Origin: a virus
Virus record (IMG/VR): IMGVR_UViG_3300036771_000101
Location: 1-64,000 of that record
Strand: one strand, 5' to 3'
Length of the DNA stretch: 64,000 nt
Position 1 is the stretch's first letter. The number at the start of each line of letters is the position of its first letter. The position numbers and the translations under genes were made by a program. Shown here piece by piece: positions 24,461 through 35,322 of the stretch. Under the pieces are notes generated by a model. That model saw nothing but the letters and a program-made list of their open reading frames with translations. It ran no database searches and had not been told where the DNA came from.

Positions 24461-27400
24461 TGGCTGGCGAATTCCTGATCGAAGGCAAGGTCAAGATCGG
24501 GCTGGACGCTTCACAGTTCAGTTCGCAGCTGCAGAAGATGGCGCAGGACGCCGAGTCTGCAGTCAACAGCCTGAAGAGCACGTTGACGAAGCAGTTGACG
24601 TCGACCAAGCCGGAGTCGGAGAAATCGGCCACGGTGGCGTCTGGAGTCACGAAGTTCCAGGGGCAGCAACGCGGCTTCGAGAAGCAGATCTCGGAGTTGC
24701 AGGCATCGGGTGCTGTCACACCTCAGCAAGCGACGCAGCTGCGACAGGCCGTCTCGAAGCAGATCAACCAGATCAACAATCTGCTGAAGATTGACGAGTC
24801 GACGGGCAAGATCCAGAGCGAGCTCGGTCAGGTACTTGAGAAGTACGGCCAGAACGTCAAGCGTCAGAACGAGGTTGTCGCCGGGGTTCGCGGGAAGGGC
24901 GGTTCCAGCGGCGGGCGTGGCGGCGGTGGAAACCCGCCTCGTCCACTGGCTGGCGGTGGAGGCGAAGGAGAAGAGGGAATCTCCGACGCCGCGATTCGGC
25001 AGCGAGAAGCTGCGGCTGGAGCTCGCGCTCTCATAGCTGACGAAGCGTACATCGAAGCCACCGTGCTGCTGAATGCTGCTCGGCGCGCTCTTTCCGCCAA
25101 CATTATCGCCGAGGAAGAAGCCAGTGTTCTTTCTCTGCGAGAGATCATCAATCTGAGGATTGCTCGCGAGAAGTTGGCTGCTCGCACCGAGAGCGAACTG
25201 TCGAATCAGCCGGAGTTCATCGGGGCGAAGACGTCCCGGGCGCTGTCTGGGCTTGATATCAAAGCGCAAGTTGCACAAGGAGTAGCCGGAGAGCAAGGAG
25301 CGGAGTCAACGCTGGCCTTGGAAAAGGGCCAGAAGACATTGGCAGCGCTTGTTCAAGAGTTGGCGCTTTCGGACGAGAGTCTTATCGAGCTCAATGCCAA
25401 GTTGAAGACTCAAGGTCTTCAACTTGTGGCCGCCACCAACGAGAAGCTTGCCGCTGACGAGACGTACATCGAAACCCAGCACACGCTGAATCGACAGAAG
25501 GTCGAAGAAGCGACGACGTTGGCACGGGAGCGCACTGTTGACCAAGAGATGGTTGGGGTCAACGCTGAACTCCTCAATGCAAGGCGTGCCGAGAAGCGTG
25601 CGGTTGAACAGAGAGCGATCGATGAGCGGAACGCTGAGCTTCAACAGCAAGGGATCACGCCGACGCGTTGGCAGTCGCTCGGAGCGAAGGTCAAGAGCGC
25701 TACCACGGGGGAGGCGCAGGACCCGTTCGAGCAGGCGACGTTCGGTTCACAGCTTGCTCAACGAGGACTGATCGCTGGGCAATACGCTATAGCCGGTCTG
25801 TCGATCCGTCAGGTACTCACGACTGTTACGTCGATGGTGGCCGAAGCTGAGAAGCTGGAGGTCGTCTTCGGTCAGATCGATCTGGAACTCAAGGCGATCG
25901 GTCAAGGTGACGCGTTCGACAAGGTGCGCTCTGACGTCCTCGACATCGCGAAGAACCTCGGGATCGCCGCAGATCAACTTGCTGGCATTGAACAGCGAAC
26001 AATCGGCGTCTACCAGAACATCTCTCAGGCTACGGCAGCAACGAAGGCCATCGGGCAGTTGCAACTCGTCACCGGGATCCCGTCTGCCGACCTGTTCAAG
26101 AATTTGATTCCGGCGGCGTTGGCTTTCGGCACAACCATTGACCAGATCGGCGACAAGGTTATCGGCCTCAGTCAACGGTTCGGTACGAACAATGCCGAGA
26201 CGGTGGCGTTCTTCGGGCGGGCTTCGGAGGTTGCGTCTTCCACTGGTCTAACACTTGACCAGTTGGGTGCCATTTCGGCGACGTTGCAGCAGCGGCTAGG
26301 TCAGGGCGGTACCGCATCCGCTGACCTCTTCGACCGTGTCGCTACTTCGCTGGGACAAAACAGCGAAAAAATCCTGGACATCATGGGTCGCATTCCCTCT
26401 TTGGCGCCGCAGGTCAACGAGACTGCTGCTGCCATTGCTAAGGGCAATACCGGGCAAGCGCTGCTTACCATTGCTCAAGGCTGGAGTAAGGTCGGCGAAG
26501 ACGCTCGCAAATCGCTGCTTCAGCAGGTAGCGAATCGTCGTGAAGCAGCGACGATGAAGGTGCTACTCGACAACCTTGCTCCGGCTCTGGCAACTGAAGG
26601 AGCGGCCGGGGACGACAGCGGGAAGTTGGGAACAGCGGCTGCCAAGACCCAGGACACGATCGCTCAGGGTATCGCCCGGCTGAAGGAAGCGCTGCGGCAG
26701 CTGGGCGACACGATCGCCAGGTCCGGGCTCAGTTCCTTCCTGAAAGACGTCCTGACTGTTGCCGATGCGCTGGCAAAGGTTGCTGGTGTACTGCTCGGCG
26801 TTTTCGGGGCGATCAACAACACCACTCACGGGCTTGTGGGCACATTCGCTGCCCTGACCGCCGCTCTGTTCGCTGTGCGCTTCGCTATGAACGCCATCGC
26901 CAACTTGAAGGGCAGCCAGTTCGGCGCTTCTGTTCGGCGTGGACTTCAGCCCGCCGAGCAGGTGGCGGAAGGTGGAGCGGCGGAAGCAGCGGGAGCTACA
27001 GAAGCCGCTGGGGTGGCTGGGGGAGCGACTCTGGCCGAGGGCGGGACTGCTGCTGGAACCGAGGTCGCCGCTGGCGGGAAGGCCGCTGGCGAGGCGTTGG
27101 AAGCGGGGGCGGAGCAGTCGGCTGTAGGAATGGAAGCCGGGGCTGGGGCGGCTGCTGAAACGATCGTTGCCGGTGGCGTTGGTGCGGCGGAGCAGATCGC
27201 TGCTGCGGGACCTGAAGTCGCAGCGAGCCTCGAAGCTGCTGGTGCTGAAACGGCGACGCAGGTCGAGGCGGCTGGTGTCGGGATGCGAGCTCGACTCGCA
27301 TCCGCTGGTAGCGGAGTTTCTGAACTGACCGTGGCGGGTTTCAGTCTCGGGACGCTTGCGTTTACTGGCGTTGTGTCGGCAGCGATCATCGCTGTCACTA

Positions 27401-29781
27401 ACACGTACAACCACGCGAAGGAAGCATCGGAGAAGCAAGGAAAGGCGTTCGAGACTCAAGCCGAGAAGCTGCTCAACACCGGAACTGATCAGCAGAAGGC
27501 GTACATCGAGCATGTAGCGACGGGTCAGGAAGACATCTGGACACGTCTCGCTGGGGACATCGGGCTGGACACACCGAAGAAAGAAGCGGGGAAGGCCGTC
27601 ATTGCGGCCGAGGCTCCTGCACTGACGGCGAAGCTTCAGGCTCTGAAGAACCAGAAGATCCCTGGGCTCGAAGGCACGATCGACACCATCAAGCCGAAGA
27701 GGGATTCGTGGCTTGAAGAGAACCTGCACACCTTGGTGGATCCGACGTACAAAATCCCCAAGGACCGCAAGATCACGATCGATAGTCTGATCAGCAGACT
27801 CGCCAGCGGCGATGCGAAGGCAGCGGCAGACGCAAAGGCTGAGCTCGACAGACTCGGCAAGGACCCCAAGTACGCAGCGGCGGTAGCGCAGGCCATCGGG
27901 CTCGGCAACGACGTTGCTGATCAGGCGAGTGGGGCGATCGTCCAGACGGCCGATGAGGCAGTCAAGGGCTTCAAGGCCGGGCGAAACACCGCTGCTGAGA
28001 CGTTCGACAACATCAACCAGGCACTCGCTCGGGATCGGAATGTTCTTGCCTCGGAAGGGGATCAGCCCGACCCGAAGATCCAGGAAGAGATCGACAAGCT
28101 GATCGCCATGTCGAACGACGTGATCAGCACGATCACGTCGCAGGCGGAGTCTTGGATTTCCCTGGTCACGGCTGCTGGTGGAACGTCAGCGGATATCGCG
28201 GCGGCAACCCAGGATGAGATCACCAAGCTGGAATCAGCGTTGGCGTCAGCTTCGCTGGATCCGGCAACGAAAATTGCAACTGTTGCCAAGATCTTGCAGA
28301 TCAAGCAGGGGTTGTTGAAGTCGCTGGCGGATCATGCGCACTCGGCGGCTGACGCTTACAAGCTTCTGCTCGGTGGAACGACGATTTCCACTGAGGATCT
28401 CATCGCGGCGGGGGTGCTCACGGCTCCGGCTGCGGCGGGTGCCGCACCGTCGGGACCGTTGTCAGTACCGGAAGATGCGTGGAAACCTGGTGGCGTTCCG
28501 ACGGGACCAGTAGCTGGTCCGCCAGTACCTGCTGCGCCTACTCCTGCATATCAGCTGCCAGCGTTTACTGGGCCGTTCGGGGCGGCTCCTCCGCCGACTG
28601 GGGCTGGTCCTGTCCCGACTGCTGCAGCGCCGACTGGGCAGGCACCTGCTTCACCGACGACGGCCACCTATGCGGATGGCTACACGGTGGATGTCGGTGG
28701 AGTGAAGATTGTCTACGACGCCAAGACAAATTCTTGGAAGATCCCGGCTCTATCGGAGTCGCTCAAAGCGGCGTCGCGTGCAGCTATCCAGGAAAGTCTT
28801 GGCACGTACACCCTGCAGAAGTCCGAGACCAGGGACCCGCAGAAGCAAGCCCAGATTAGTCTCAAGTCGGCTCAGGACAACCTTGCTCAACTCAAGGCGC
28901 AGACTGGTGATGCGGCGGCGACGAAGGCTGAGCTCGATGCGGCTCAGGCTCAAGTCAACGATGCGCAGAATGCTCTGGACGACGCGAACAATGCTGCTGA
29001 TGACGCCAATCTTCAGTTGTCCCGAGCTCGGATCGGGACGTTACCGAACGCTCTTGAGGACGCCAAGCTCGCCCAGCAGGACGCTAAGAACGCCATTGCC
29101 CGAGCTCATGGTCCAGTGGCGGAGGCTCAGGCTCAGATCGCGAAGCTGAAAGCGGATCAGCAGTACAAGGACGCGATGACGGCCATTGCTGACTCCCGGG
29201 TCAATCTGTTGATCACGTTGGCGCAGGCAGCTGGAGATGACGTTACGGCTACGAAGCTGCGGTTGGACGATGACCAGAAGAAACTCAGGGATGCCATCGC
29301 TCAGGGCGGAGCGGGCGACGAGTACCTCAACCCACTGAAGGCGCAAGTCGCCCAGGACCGCGCATCGGTGATCGCCGCGCAGCTGGCTGATGTGGAGAGC
29401 ACGATCGACTTCCAGCTGGAGATGGGTCAGCTGACCAAGGGTCAGGCCATCGCTCAACTTCAGGCTGAACTTCCGTTGGTGGCAGGGAATCAGAAGCAGA
29501 CGAGAGAGCTTCTCTTGAAGATCCATCAGCTGATGAACGACACAGCTTCGGGGTTGCAGTTCAACCTCGGTGACATCAAGCTCCCGACGCTGTACGAGGT
29601 AAACCGGCTGGCCGGGACCAGGGCCGCTGGCACTGGATACAACGACAATCGGCAGATCTCGATCACCATGCACAACTACAACTCGACCGATTACCAGGGT
29701 TCCATCGATCAGTTCGTTGATCTTGCGAACCAACCCAGTCGGTACGGCACGTACGCCAGTATCTACCCGACGAGGAACTGA
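24460..29781 (+). CDS. tape measure protein
   Basis: 1773 aa, Ala/Gln-rich helical, TP901-like core and hydrophobic segments; follows the chaperone. Confidence 0.9.
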   Translation: MAGEFLIEGKVKIGLDASQFSSQLQKMAQDAESAVNSLKSTLTKQLTSTKPESEKSATVASGVTKFQGQQRGFEKQISELQASGAVTPQQATQLRQAVSKQINQINNLLKIDESTGKIQSELGQVLEKYGQNVKRQNEVVAGVRGKGGSSGGRGGGGNPPRPLAGGGGEGEEGISDAAIRQREAAAGARALIADEAYIEATVLLNAARRALSANIIAEEEASVLSLREIINLRIAREKLAARTESELSNQPEFIGAKTSRALSGLDIKAQVAQGVAGEQGAESTLALEKGQKTLAALVQELALSDESLIELNAKLKTQGLQLVAATNEKLAADETYIETQHTLNRQKVEEATTLARERTVDQEMVGVNAELLNARRAEKRAVEQRAIDERNAELQQQGITPTRWQSLGAKVKSATTGEAQDPFEQATFGSQLAQRGLIAGQYAIAGLSIRQVLTTVTSMVAEAEKLEVVFGQIDLELKAIGQGDAFDKVRSDVLDIAKNLGIAADQLAGIEQRTIGVYQNISQATAATKAIGQLQLVTGIPSADLFKNLIPAALAFGTTIDQIGDKVIGLSQRFGTNNAETVAFFGRASEVASSTGLTLDQLGAISATLQQRLGQGGTASADLFDRVATSLGQNSEKILDIMGRIPSLAPQVNETAAAIAKGNTGQALLTIAQGWSKVGEDARKSLLQQVANRREAATMKVLLDNLAPALATEGAAGDDSGKLGTAAAKTQDTIAQGIARLKEALRQLGDTIARSGLSSFLKDVLTVADALAKVAGVLLGVFGAINNTTHGLVGTFAALTAALFAVRFAMNAIANLKGSQFGASVRRGLQPAEQVAEGGAAEAAGATEAAGVAGGATLAEGGTAAGTEVAAGGKAAGEALEAGAEQSAVGMEAGAGAAAETIVAGGVGAAEQIAAAGPEVAASLEAAGAETATQVEAAGVGMRARLASAGSGVSELTVAGFSLGTLAFTGVVSAAIIAVTNTYNHAKEASEKQGKAFETQAEKLLNTGTDQQKAYIEHVATGQEDIWTRLAGDIGLDTPKKEAGKAVIAAEAPALTAKLQALKNQKIPGLEGTIDTIKPKRDSWLEENLHTLVDPTYKIPKDRKITIDSLISRLASGDAKAAADAKAELDRLGKDPKYAAAVAQAIGLGNDVADQASGAIVQTADEAVKGFKAGRNTAAETFDNINQALARDRNVLASEGDQPDPKIQEEIDKLIAMSNDVISTITSQAESWISLVTAAGGTSADIAAATQDEITKLESALASASLDPATKIATVAKILQIKQGLLKSLADHAHSAADAYKLLLGGTTISTEDLIAAGVLTAPAAAGAAPSGPLSVPEDAWKPGGVPTGPVAGPPVPAAPTPAYQLPAFTGPFGAAPPPTGAGPVPTAAAPTGQAPASPTTATYADGYTVDVGGVKIVYDAKTNSWKIPALSESLKAASRAAIQESLGTYTLQKSETRDPQKQAQISLKSAQDNLAQLKAQTGDAAATKAELDAAQAQVNDAQNALDDANNAADDANLQLSRARIGTLPNALEDAKLAQQDAKNAIARAHGPVAEAQAQIAKLKADQQYKDAMTAIADSRVNLLITLAQAAGDDVTATKLRLDDDQKKLRDAIAQGGAGDEYLNPLKAQVAQDRASVIAAQLADVESTIDFQLEMGQLTKGQAIAQLQAELPLVAGNQKQTRELLLKIHQLMNDTASGLQFNLGDIKLPTLYEVNRLAGTRAAGTGYNDNRQISITMHNYNSTDYQGSIDQFVDLANQPSRYGTYASIYPTRN

Positions 29782-29783
29782 AC

Positions 29784-30167
29784 ATGGTCGTTCGATGGAC
29801 GCTTACGGATCCGACGGTGCCGGAAACCTACACGTTCCCGATGAACCCGAATGAGGGCGGCACGCCAGGGATCACCAAGAAGATCACGTCTTCGGTGACA
29901 GCAGCGGCTGATGGTCAGGCTCTGGTCTTCGAGGGTCGTCCCGATCCGCAGAAGTTCACTTTCTCCGGGAGCATTCTCGATGAGAGCCACCTCGAATCGC
30001 TCATCTACTGGTTCCAGAAGGAACACCAGCTGCAACTGACGGATGACCTCGGACGCCAGTACTGGGTGTATCTCACGAGTTTCACGCCAACGCGGCAGCG
30101 GCGCGCTAGCCATCCGTGGCGGCACACCTACCAGGCTGAAGCGACGATTCTTGATGTGACGACGTGA
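29784..30167 (+). CDS. distal tail (Dit-like) protein
   Basis: Immediately after the TMP; 'YTFPMNP...FTFSGSIL...LTDDLGRQYWV'. Confidence 0.7.
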   Translation: MVVRWTLTDPTVPETYTFPMNPNEGGTPGITKKITSSVTAAADGQALVFEGRPDPQKFTFSGSILDESHLESLIYWFQKEHQLQLTDDLGRQYWVYLTSFTPTRQRRASHPWRHTYQAEATILDVTT

Positions 30168-33100
30168 GACTGCTGCCCCCTTACCTCCTTGAGCTCATCC
30201 AGCGCGGTGGCCCCTTCGTCGGCGCTGACCGTTCAAACGGTCGTGTCACGGTCGAGAAGGACTGGATGCTCAACCTCGCAACGGATGTGTTCACGGATGA
30301 TCCGTCGAAGCTTCCGTTCCGTTGGTGGCAGCAGGCAGACAACTCGCAGGTCGAAACGGAGATCCCCAACATCAAGTCGATCTCCTGGGATCGCAGTGTC
30401 GACACCGACGCGGCGTCATGCAATATCGCGGTCTACAACCAGAAGATGGACCCGAACGTGTCGGGTCAGAACCGGATGCTGGGGAAACCTGGGTACTTCA
30501 CGTGGCATGGCCGTGACGCCAATGCGACGGCTCGCTGGGTGAATCTCGTGGAGAACGAATGGAAGGGGGTGCTCATCCCCAACGCGCTTCTGCGCACTTA
30601 CGAAGGGTTCGGCGGGCACGACAAGACCCTCATGGAAGCCATCGGAGATGGCAACCTTGTTCTCACAGGTGTGTGGCTGATCGATGAGGTGAAGGTCACC
30701 TCCGATGGGCTCCTCAACCTGACCTGCCGCGACATGTGCAAGCTCCTGATCGAGCAGCAGATGTATCTGCCGTTCATGCCCCCAGCGAAATATCCGTTGG
30801 CGTACTCGCGGTGGCGGTACGAAACCTTCTTCTACCCCGCCGTCAATGCCTACGACCGGGTTGATCCCGACCCGAACCCGGTGCAGTACGGACCAGGAGC
30901 GGAAGGCCGCAAGTACATCACGGATCTGGCGCTCGACGCTGACGGCGGTGGGTACGGTCTGCTCGGAACGGACGGCGGGGTCTTCTGTTACAACACGACG
31001 TTCTACGGGTCGCGTGGGCAGGGTGCCGTCGGGTCCGTGGCGGGGATGGCCTCAACTTCCGGTGGGGATGGCCTCTGGGCGGTGAACGCCGGGGGTGACG
31101 TGTTCACGCGGGGAACGGCAGTCGATCTCGGCGGAGTCACCGACTGGCCGATCACCGCTGACATTTCCAGCATCGTCGCGATTGAACCGACCCACACCGA
31201 CGGGGGCTACTGGATCCTGAGTGACAACGGATGGGTGTTCCCGAAAGGCGACGCGGGAACCCTGAGCGTGACTCCTCCGGACACGTCGGTGTTCCTTGCT
31301 GATATGGCGAGAACACCGAACAGCGCTGGCTACTGGATCCTCGCCGAAGACGGCGCCGTCTACTCCTACGGCAACGCCGGATACCACGGCAACGCCACTA
31401 TCGCTTCAGGGCATTCGGCAACTGGGATTGTCGGGACTCTTGATGGTGGCGGCTACTACATCGTCGCCGACGACGGGGCAGTATTCGCGCTCGGGGACGC
31501 TACTTACCACGGTGGAGCGAACACGTTGTCGCTGACCAAGCCGGTCATCGACATCGTGTTGACTTCGACCGGGAATGGCTACTGGCTGGTCGCATCTGAC
31601 GGTGGCGTGTTCGCTTTCGGTGACGCCGTGTTCCACGGGTCGCTCTCGGGGAGTCTCTTCACCGTTCGAGCTATGGCACGCACAGCTGACAACGGGGGCT
31701 ACTGGTTGATTGTCGATGGCGGTGGCATCACCCAGTACGGCAACGCCACCGACTTCGGAGACGTAACTGGCGCGGTCGACGCGGCGCCCATGACCGGGTA
31801 CGACATGGACCCGCTCGGTCGGGGCTACTGGCTGGCAGGAGCAGACGGATCCGTCTTCGCCTTCGGGGAAGCTGTCTACTACGGCCGGGCGACGGTCGAT
31901 CCCAACGGTGCCGGGCGGATCTGGCGGCTCGTTGCCCACCCCTCCGGGAGAGGATACTGGCTCCTCGGACGCGACGGTGGTGTGTTCAGCTACGGGAGCG
32001 CCGGGTTCCATGGCAGTGGTTCGGGACTCATGGAATCTCCAGCTGTGGACATGGCATCCACCCCCTCGGGGAACGGCTACTGGATCGTTTCCGAGCAAGG
32101 CCACGTGTTCGCCTTCGGTGACGCCACCTACTACGGCAATGCCACGATCACATCGCCGGACAAGGCGGCGGGGATGGCAGTCCGTTCACAAGGCGACGGC
32201 TACTGGATTTGTTCGGAGAAAGGAGCGATTTTCGCTCTCGGCCAAGCTCCCTACTACACACCCAACAGCGACTACGCCACTGCTCTCACCAATCTCAGCG
32301 ACCCGATGATCGGCATGGACGCCATGCCTGATGGAGACGGCTACCTGCTCGTAGCTGGGGACGGTGGAGTTTTCTCCTTCGGTAGTGCACCGTTCGAAGG
32401 ATCGCTTCCTCTCGACTTCTCGGGCACGAAACGGTTCGACGGGAACTACAAGGACTTCACCGAGATCATCAAGGATCTTCTGCTGTGGGCAGGCTGGCTG
32501 CTCCACGGGGCGTCTGACACGCAGCAGGCAGGGTTCCCGGTGTACGGCAACCTCGAATCGACCGGCACCTTCGCCGAGGATGCTTTCCCGCCCGATGCGT
32601 TCGACAAGAAGCCGATCATCGATGGGATCAACGCGGTCAAGGAAATCGTCGGGTTCCAGTTCTGGATTGACGAGGAAGGCGGAGCTCGTTTCGAGAGCCC
32701 GAACTGGTACACGTTCGGGAACTTCATTCAGGAAACCGGCGGTCGTACGGGTCAGATCCCAACGATCGATGAGCGGCTGCACCTGACCCAGTACGGGCTC
32801 TCCTACGTGGACCGGCCGGTGCGAACCGAAATGATCGTTACGAGTGACGACCCAACACGGGGTTCTGACACGACGATCACCACACGGCTCGTTCCTACCA
32901 ATCCGCTGCTGACACAGCTGTTCCGTGGGATGGTGCGACCGGCGATGCTGCCGGTGCCGCTCACGGTCACGAAGGCGCAGCAGGAAGACATGGCGCGGCT
33001 CATCGAGATCCACATGTCCTTCCAGCTGCTGCAGGGGCAGATGTCGTGTGTCGCTAACCCGGCGGTTCAGATCAATGACCAAGTACGGGTCTACGAACGG

Positions 33101-33232
33101 GTCACTGGGGACACCGATGTCCACTACGTGCGAGGAGTGTCGTCATCTCATGACTTGGACTCAGGCGTATGGACGTACGAACTGACGACGAACCGGTTGG
33201 GGGCCGGGGTGACGGGAGCGATCAGTGGATGA
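30164..33232 (+). CDS. baseplate hub/Tal-like protein with 12 inserted GYW-repeat propeller blades
   Basis: Hub-like N- and C-termini (IKSISWDRS, LTCRDMCKLL, FWIDEEG, ANPAVQINDQVRV) flank the repeats. Confidence 0.8.
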   Translation: MRLLPPYLLELIQRGGPFVGADRSNGRVTVEKDWMLNLATDVFTDDPSKLPFRWWQQADNSQVETEIPNIKSISWDRSVDTDAASCNIAVYNQKMDPNVSGQNRMLGKPGYFTWHGRDANATARWVNLVENEWKGVLIPNALLRTYEGFGGHDKTLMEAIGDGNLVLTGVWLIDEVKVTSDGLLNLTCRDMCKLLIEQQMYLPFMPPAKYPLAYSRWRYETFFYPAVNAYDRVDPDPNPVQYGPGAEGRKYITDLALDADGGGYGLLGTDGGVFCYNTTFYGSRGQGAVGSVAGMASTSGGDGLWAVNAGGDVFTRGTAVDLGGVTDWPITADISSIVAIEPTHTDGGYWILSDNGWVFPKGDAGTLSVTPPDTSVFLADMARTPNSAGYWILAEDGAVYSYGNAGYHGNATIASGHSATGIVGTLDGGGYYIVADDGAVFALGDATYHGGANTLSLTKPVIDIVLTSTGNGYWLVASDGGVFAFGDAVFHGSLSGSLFTVRAMARTADNGGYWLIVDGGGITQYGNATDFGDVTGAVDAAPMTGYDMDPLGRGYWLAGADGSVFAFGEAVYYGRATVDPNGAGRIWRLVAHPSGRGYWLLGRDGGVFSYGSAGFHGSGSGLMESPAVDMASTPSGNGYWIVSEQGHVFAFGDATYYGNATITSPDKAAGMAVRSQGDGYWICSEKGAIFALGQAPYYTPNSDYATALTNLSDPMIGMDAMPDGDGYLLVAGDGGVFSFGSAPFEGSLPLDFSGTKRFDGNYKDFTEIIKDLLLWAGWLLHGASDTQQAGFPVYGNLESTGTFAEDAFPPDAFDKKPIIDGINAVKEIVGFQFWIDEEGGARFESPNWYTFGNFIQETGGRTGQIPTIDERLHLTQYGLSYVDRPVRTEMIVTSDDPTRGSDTTITTRLVPTNPLLTQLFRGMVRPAMLPVPLTVTKAQQEDMARLIEIHMSFQLLQGQMSCVANPAVQINDQVRVYERVTGDTDVHYVRGVSSSHDLDSGVWTYELTTNRLGAGVTGAISG

Positions 33233-33381
33233 CTGTCGGGGAGTCCTTCGAGGATCATTCGCATCTCTCTCCGAAGCTGCAGCGGGCCGTGGAGGACGGG
33301 TGGCGTCGCCCCCGGTTGGGGCTGAGGAAGCAGCGGCGAGTTCCGAGGGTGGAGAGCCATGACGGCACCCCGGATTCGTAA
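33229..33381 (+). CDS. small hypothetical protein
   Basis: ATGA overlap with the hub gene; 50 aa. Confidence 0.4.
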   Translation: MTVGESFEDHSHLSPKLQRAVEDGWRRPRLGLRKQRRVPRVESHDGTPDS

Positions 33382-33763
33382 CGTCCAGGCTCCGTTCGAA
33401 GCACGCCGCGCCGACGTCGAACGGGGCAAGGCAGTTCAGGGCAAGACGTATCAGGTGTATGGGCGACTGGAGTTCCAGGGTCCCGGGGAGACCACCGCCA
33501 ACGTCACCTTTCCCGTCTGGTTCTTCATCGACTCGCCCCAGTTCACATTCGGGGCGGAGCTCGGCGGAAACCAGGCGATCGAGGCGGGGAACTTCCCGCG
33601 AGTGAACGTCATGGTTCGTTCGTGGACAACGACCGTGCGGAACGGCGTGACCTACTACACGGGCGCCCAGTTGATTTTGGTTGCTGAAGGGTCGACAGAC
33701 ATGACGGGTATCGCTCACTGGCAGGTTGAAGGAACGGGTCTTACGAACCCGTTGTCACAGTAG
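33359..33763 (+). CDS. minor tail protein
   Basis: 134 aa beta-rich, in operon. Confidence 0.65.
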   Translation: MTAPRIRNVQAPFEARRADVERGKAVQGKTYQVYGRLEFQGPGETTANVTFPVWFFIDSPQFTFGAELGGNQAIEAGNFPRVNVMVRSWTTTVRNGVTYYTGAQLILVAEGSTDMTGIAHWQVEGTGLTNPLSQ

Positions 33764-33770
33764 GAGTCTC

Positions 33771-34214
33771 GTGGCTGGTTCAATGACCGACTATCTGGAG
33801 AAGCGGGTCCTGGACCTGATCTTCAGAAACGCGAACGCTTCGGCGACGGTCCCTCTGGGGCTCGATTCGGCGAGTGTTTGGGTCGGGTTCTTCACGGACT
33901 CTGCTGGTACGTCGCATGAGACGGGGACCGGGACGGAAGTGGCCTCGGGCGGCTACGCCCGTGTTGCTGTGGCCCGTTCAGGGTCCCCTGGCTGGACGGC
34001 AGCTGCCGGTTCGTTGGGGACCACTGGGAATAGCGGTTCGATTGCCTTCACGACGGCAACCGGGTCGTGGGGCACCGTCAATCAGTTCGGGATCTTCGAT
34101 GCTTTGACGGGTGGGAACTTGCTCTACTGGGGCGACTTGGGGTCGCCTCGAACGATCGGGGCGGGTGATACGGCGACGTTCGCCGCAGGAGCTATCACGA
34201 TCACGCAGGACTAG
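33771..34214 (+). CDS. tail fibre-associated protein, paralog 1 of 4
   Basis: SD AGGAG, GTG start; 'DYLE...GTEV..GGYAR...WGTV...DALTGGNLL..G.L'. Confidence 0.75.
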   Translation: MAGSMTDYLEKRVLDLIFRNANASATVPLGLDSASVWVGFFTDSAGTSHETGTGTEVASGGYARVAVARSGSPGWTAAAGSLGTTGNSGSIAFTTATGSWGTVNQFGIFDALTGGNLLYWGDLGSPRTIGAGDTATFAAGAITITQD

Positions 34215-34228
34215 GACAGGAGGATTTC

Positions 34229-34597
34229 GTGCCGCACATCGAACTGGGCAACATCTCGCCGATTGAAATGATCACCGACCCGGAGACTGGTCTGCGAACC
34301 AAGTACCGGTTCACCAACATCGAACAGGCCATCACAAGCTTCGCGGTTCCGGGAGGTCGGGACCTGCTCACGCTGCTCACCGAGGTCAACTCGGCGTGGG
34401 CTGCTCACAGCGATCAGCCGCCGGTGTGGGTGACCTGCTCAGACGATCTCGATCTGCAGGACATCCTGCGGAAGCACTTCGCGACTGGTGAGCGTCCGGA
34501 GGGTTGGGACATCGTCGTGACTGGTCCCTCGGTCGCCGTTCCGGTCGAGGATGGGATTCCCAATGTCGAGGTCAACACCGCAGGAGGTGAGGGGTAG
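34229..34597 (+). CDS. hypothetical protein
   Basis: SD AGGAGG, 122 aa. Confidence 0.7.
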   Translation: MPHIELGNISPIEMITDPETGLRTKYRFTNIEQAITSFAVPGGRDLLTLLTEVNSAWAAHSDQPPVWVTCSDDLDLQDILRKHFATGERPEGWDIVVTGPSVAVPVEDGIPNVEVNTAGGEG

Positions 34598-35310
34598 TGT
34601 CGAAGATCAACAACGGCATCGATGCTATTGCGATGCAGGGTGGGTACCCGGGGACAATCAGCACTGCAATGACAGGAACGTCGACTACGGCTCCGACCGC
34701 TACGACGTTTCCGATGGATGGTGCGACGATGCCCTCGGCATCTACTGGTGGTCCGCCGCAGAACGTTGGTGCTCTCATCGGTTCCGTGGTCTGCCGCGCC
34801 AACCGTTACGGGATCATCCTTCAACACTCGGCGACTGCTGCTACTGGCGCTACCATCGATCAGTGGTACGACCCGACGACGGGTCTGCAGGGTTCGACTC
34901 CGGCGGCAGGTCAGTGGATGATCGCTCCGGGAAACGCCCATGCCATCCAGATGGGTTTGTCGACGGCGACGGCGACGATCAACGCGACGGACACCTGCCT
35001 GGGCGGTACTTCGGTCAGCGAGATCTGGAACTCTGGTGGTGGTCTGAACCGAGGCGTGTGTGTGTTCGGTCACACCCGGGGGACTCCGTCGGCTTCGTAT
35101 ACGTTGACGAAGGTGTTCACGTCGACGGGTTCCGACCCGGCTTCTTCGACGGTCCACCGTGTTGGGATTTTCCAGCACGCAGTGAACGCGGCACCGTCGA
35201 CTACGACGACGGGCATCATGATCTATGTCACCAACCTGTCAGCCGACGCGATCATCACCAACAACGGCACGGACAGCTTGACCGTCACCGAAACCGTCAC
35301 GATTTCGTAA
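34597..35310 (+). CDS. minor tail protein
   Basis: Thr-rich 237 aa; C-terminal 'DSLTVTETVTIS'. Confidence 0.7.
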   Translation: MSKINNGIDAIAMQGGYPGTISTAMTGTSTTAPTATTFPMDGATMPSASTGGPPQNVGALIGSVVCRANRYGIILQHSATAATGATIDQWYDPTTGLQGSTPAAGQWMIAPGNAHAIQMGLSTATATINATDTCLGGTSVSEIWNSGGGLNRGVCVFGHTRGTPSASYTLTKVFTSTGSDPASSTVHRVGIFQHAVNAAPSTTTTGIMIYVTNLSADAIITNNGTDSLTVTETVTIS

Positions 35311-35322
35311 CGGGCGTTTCGA

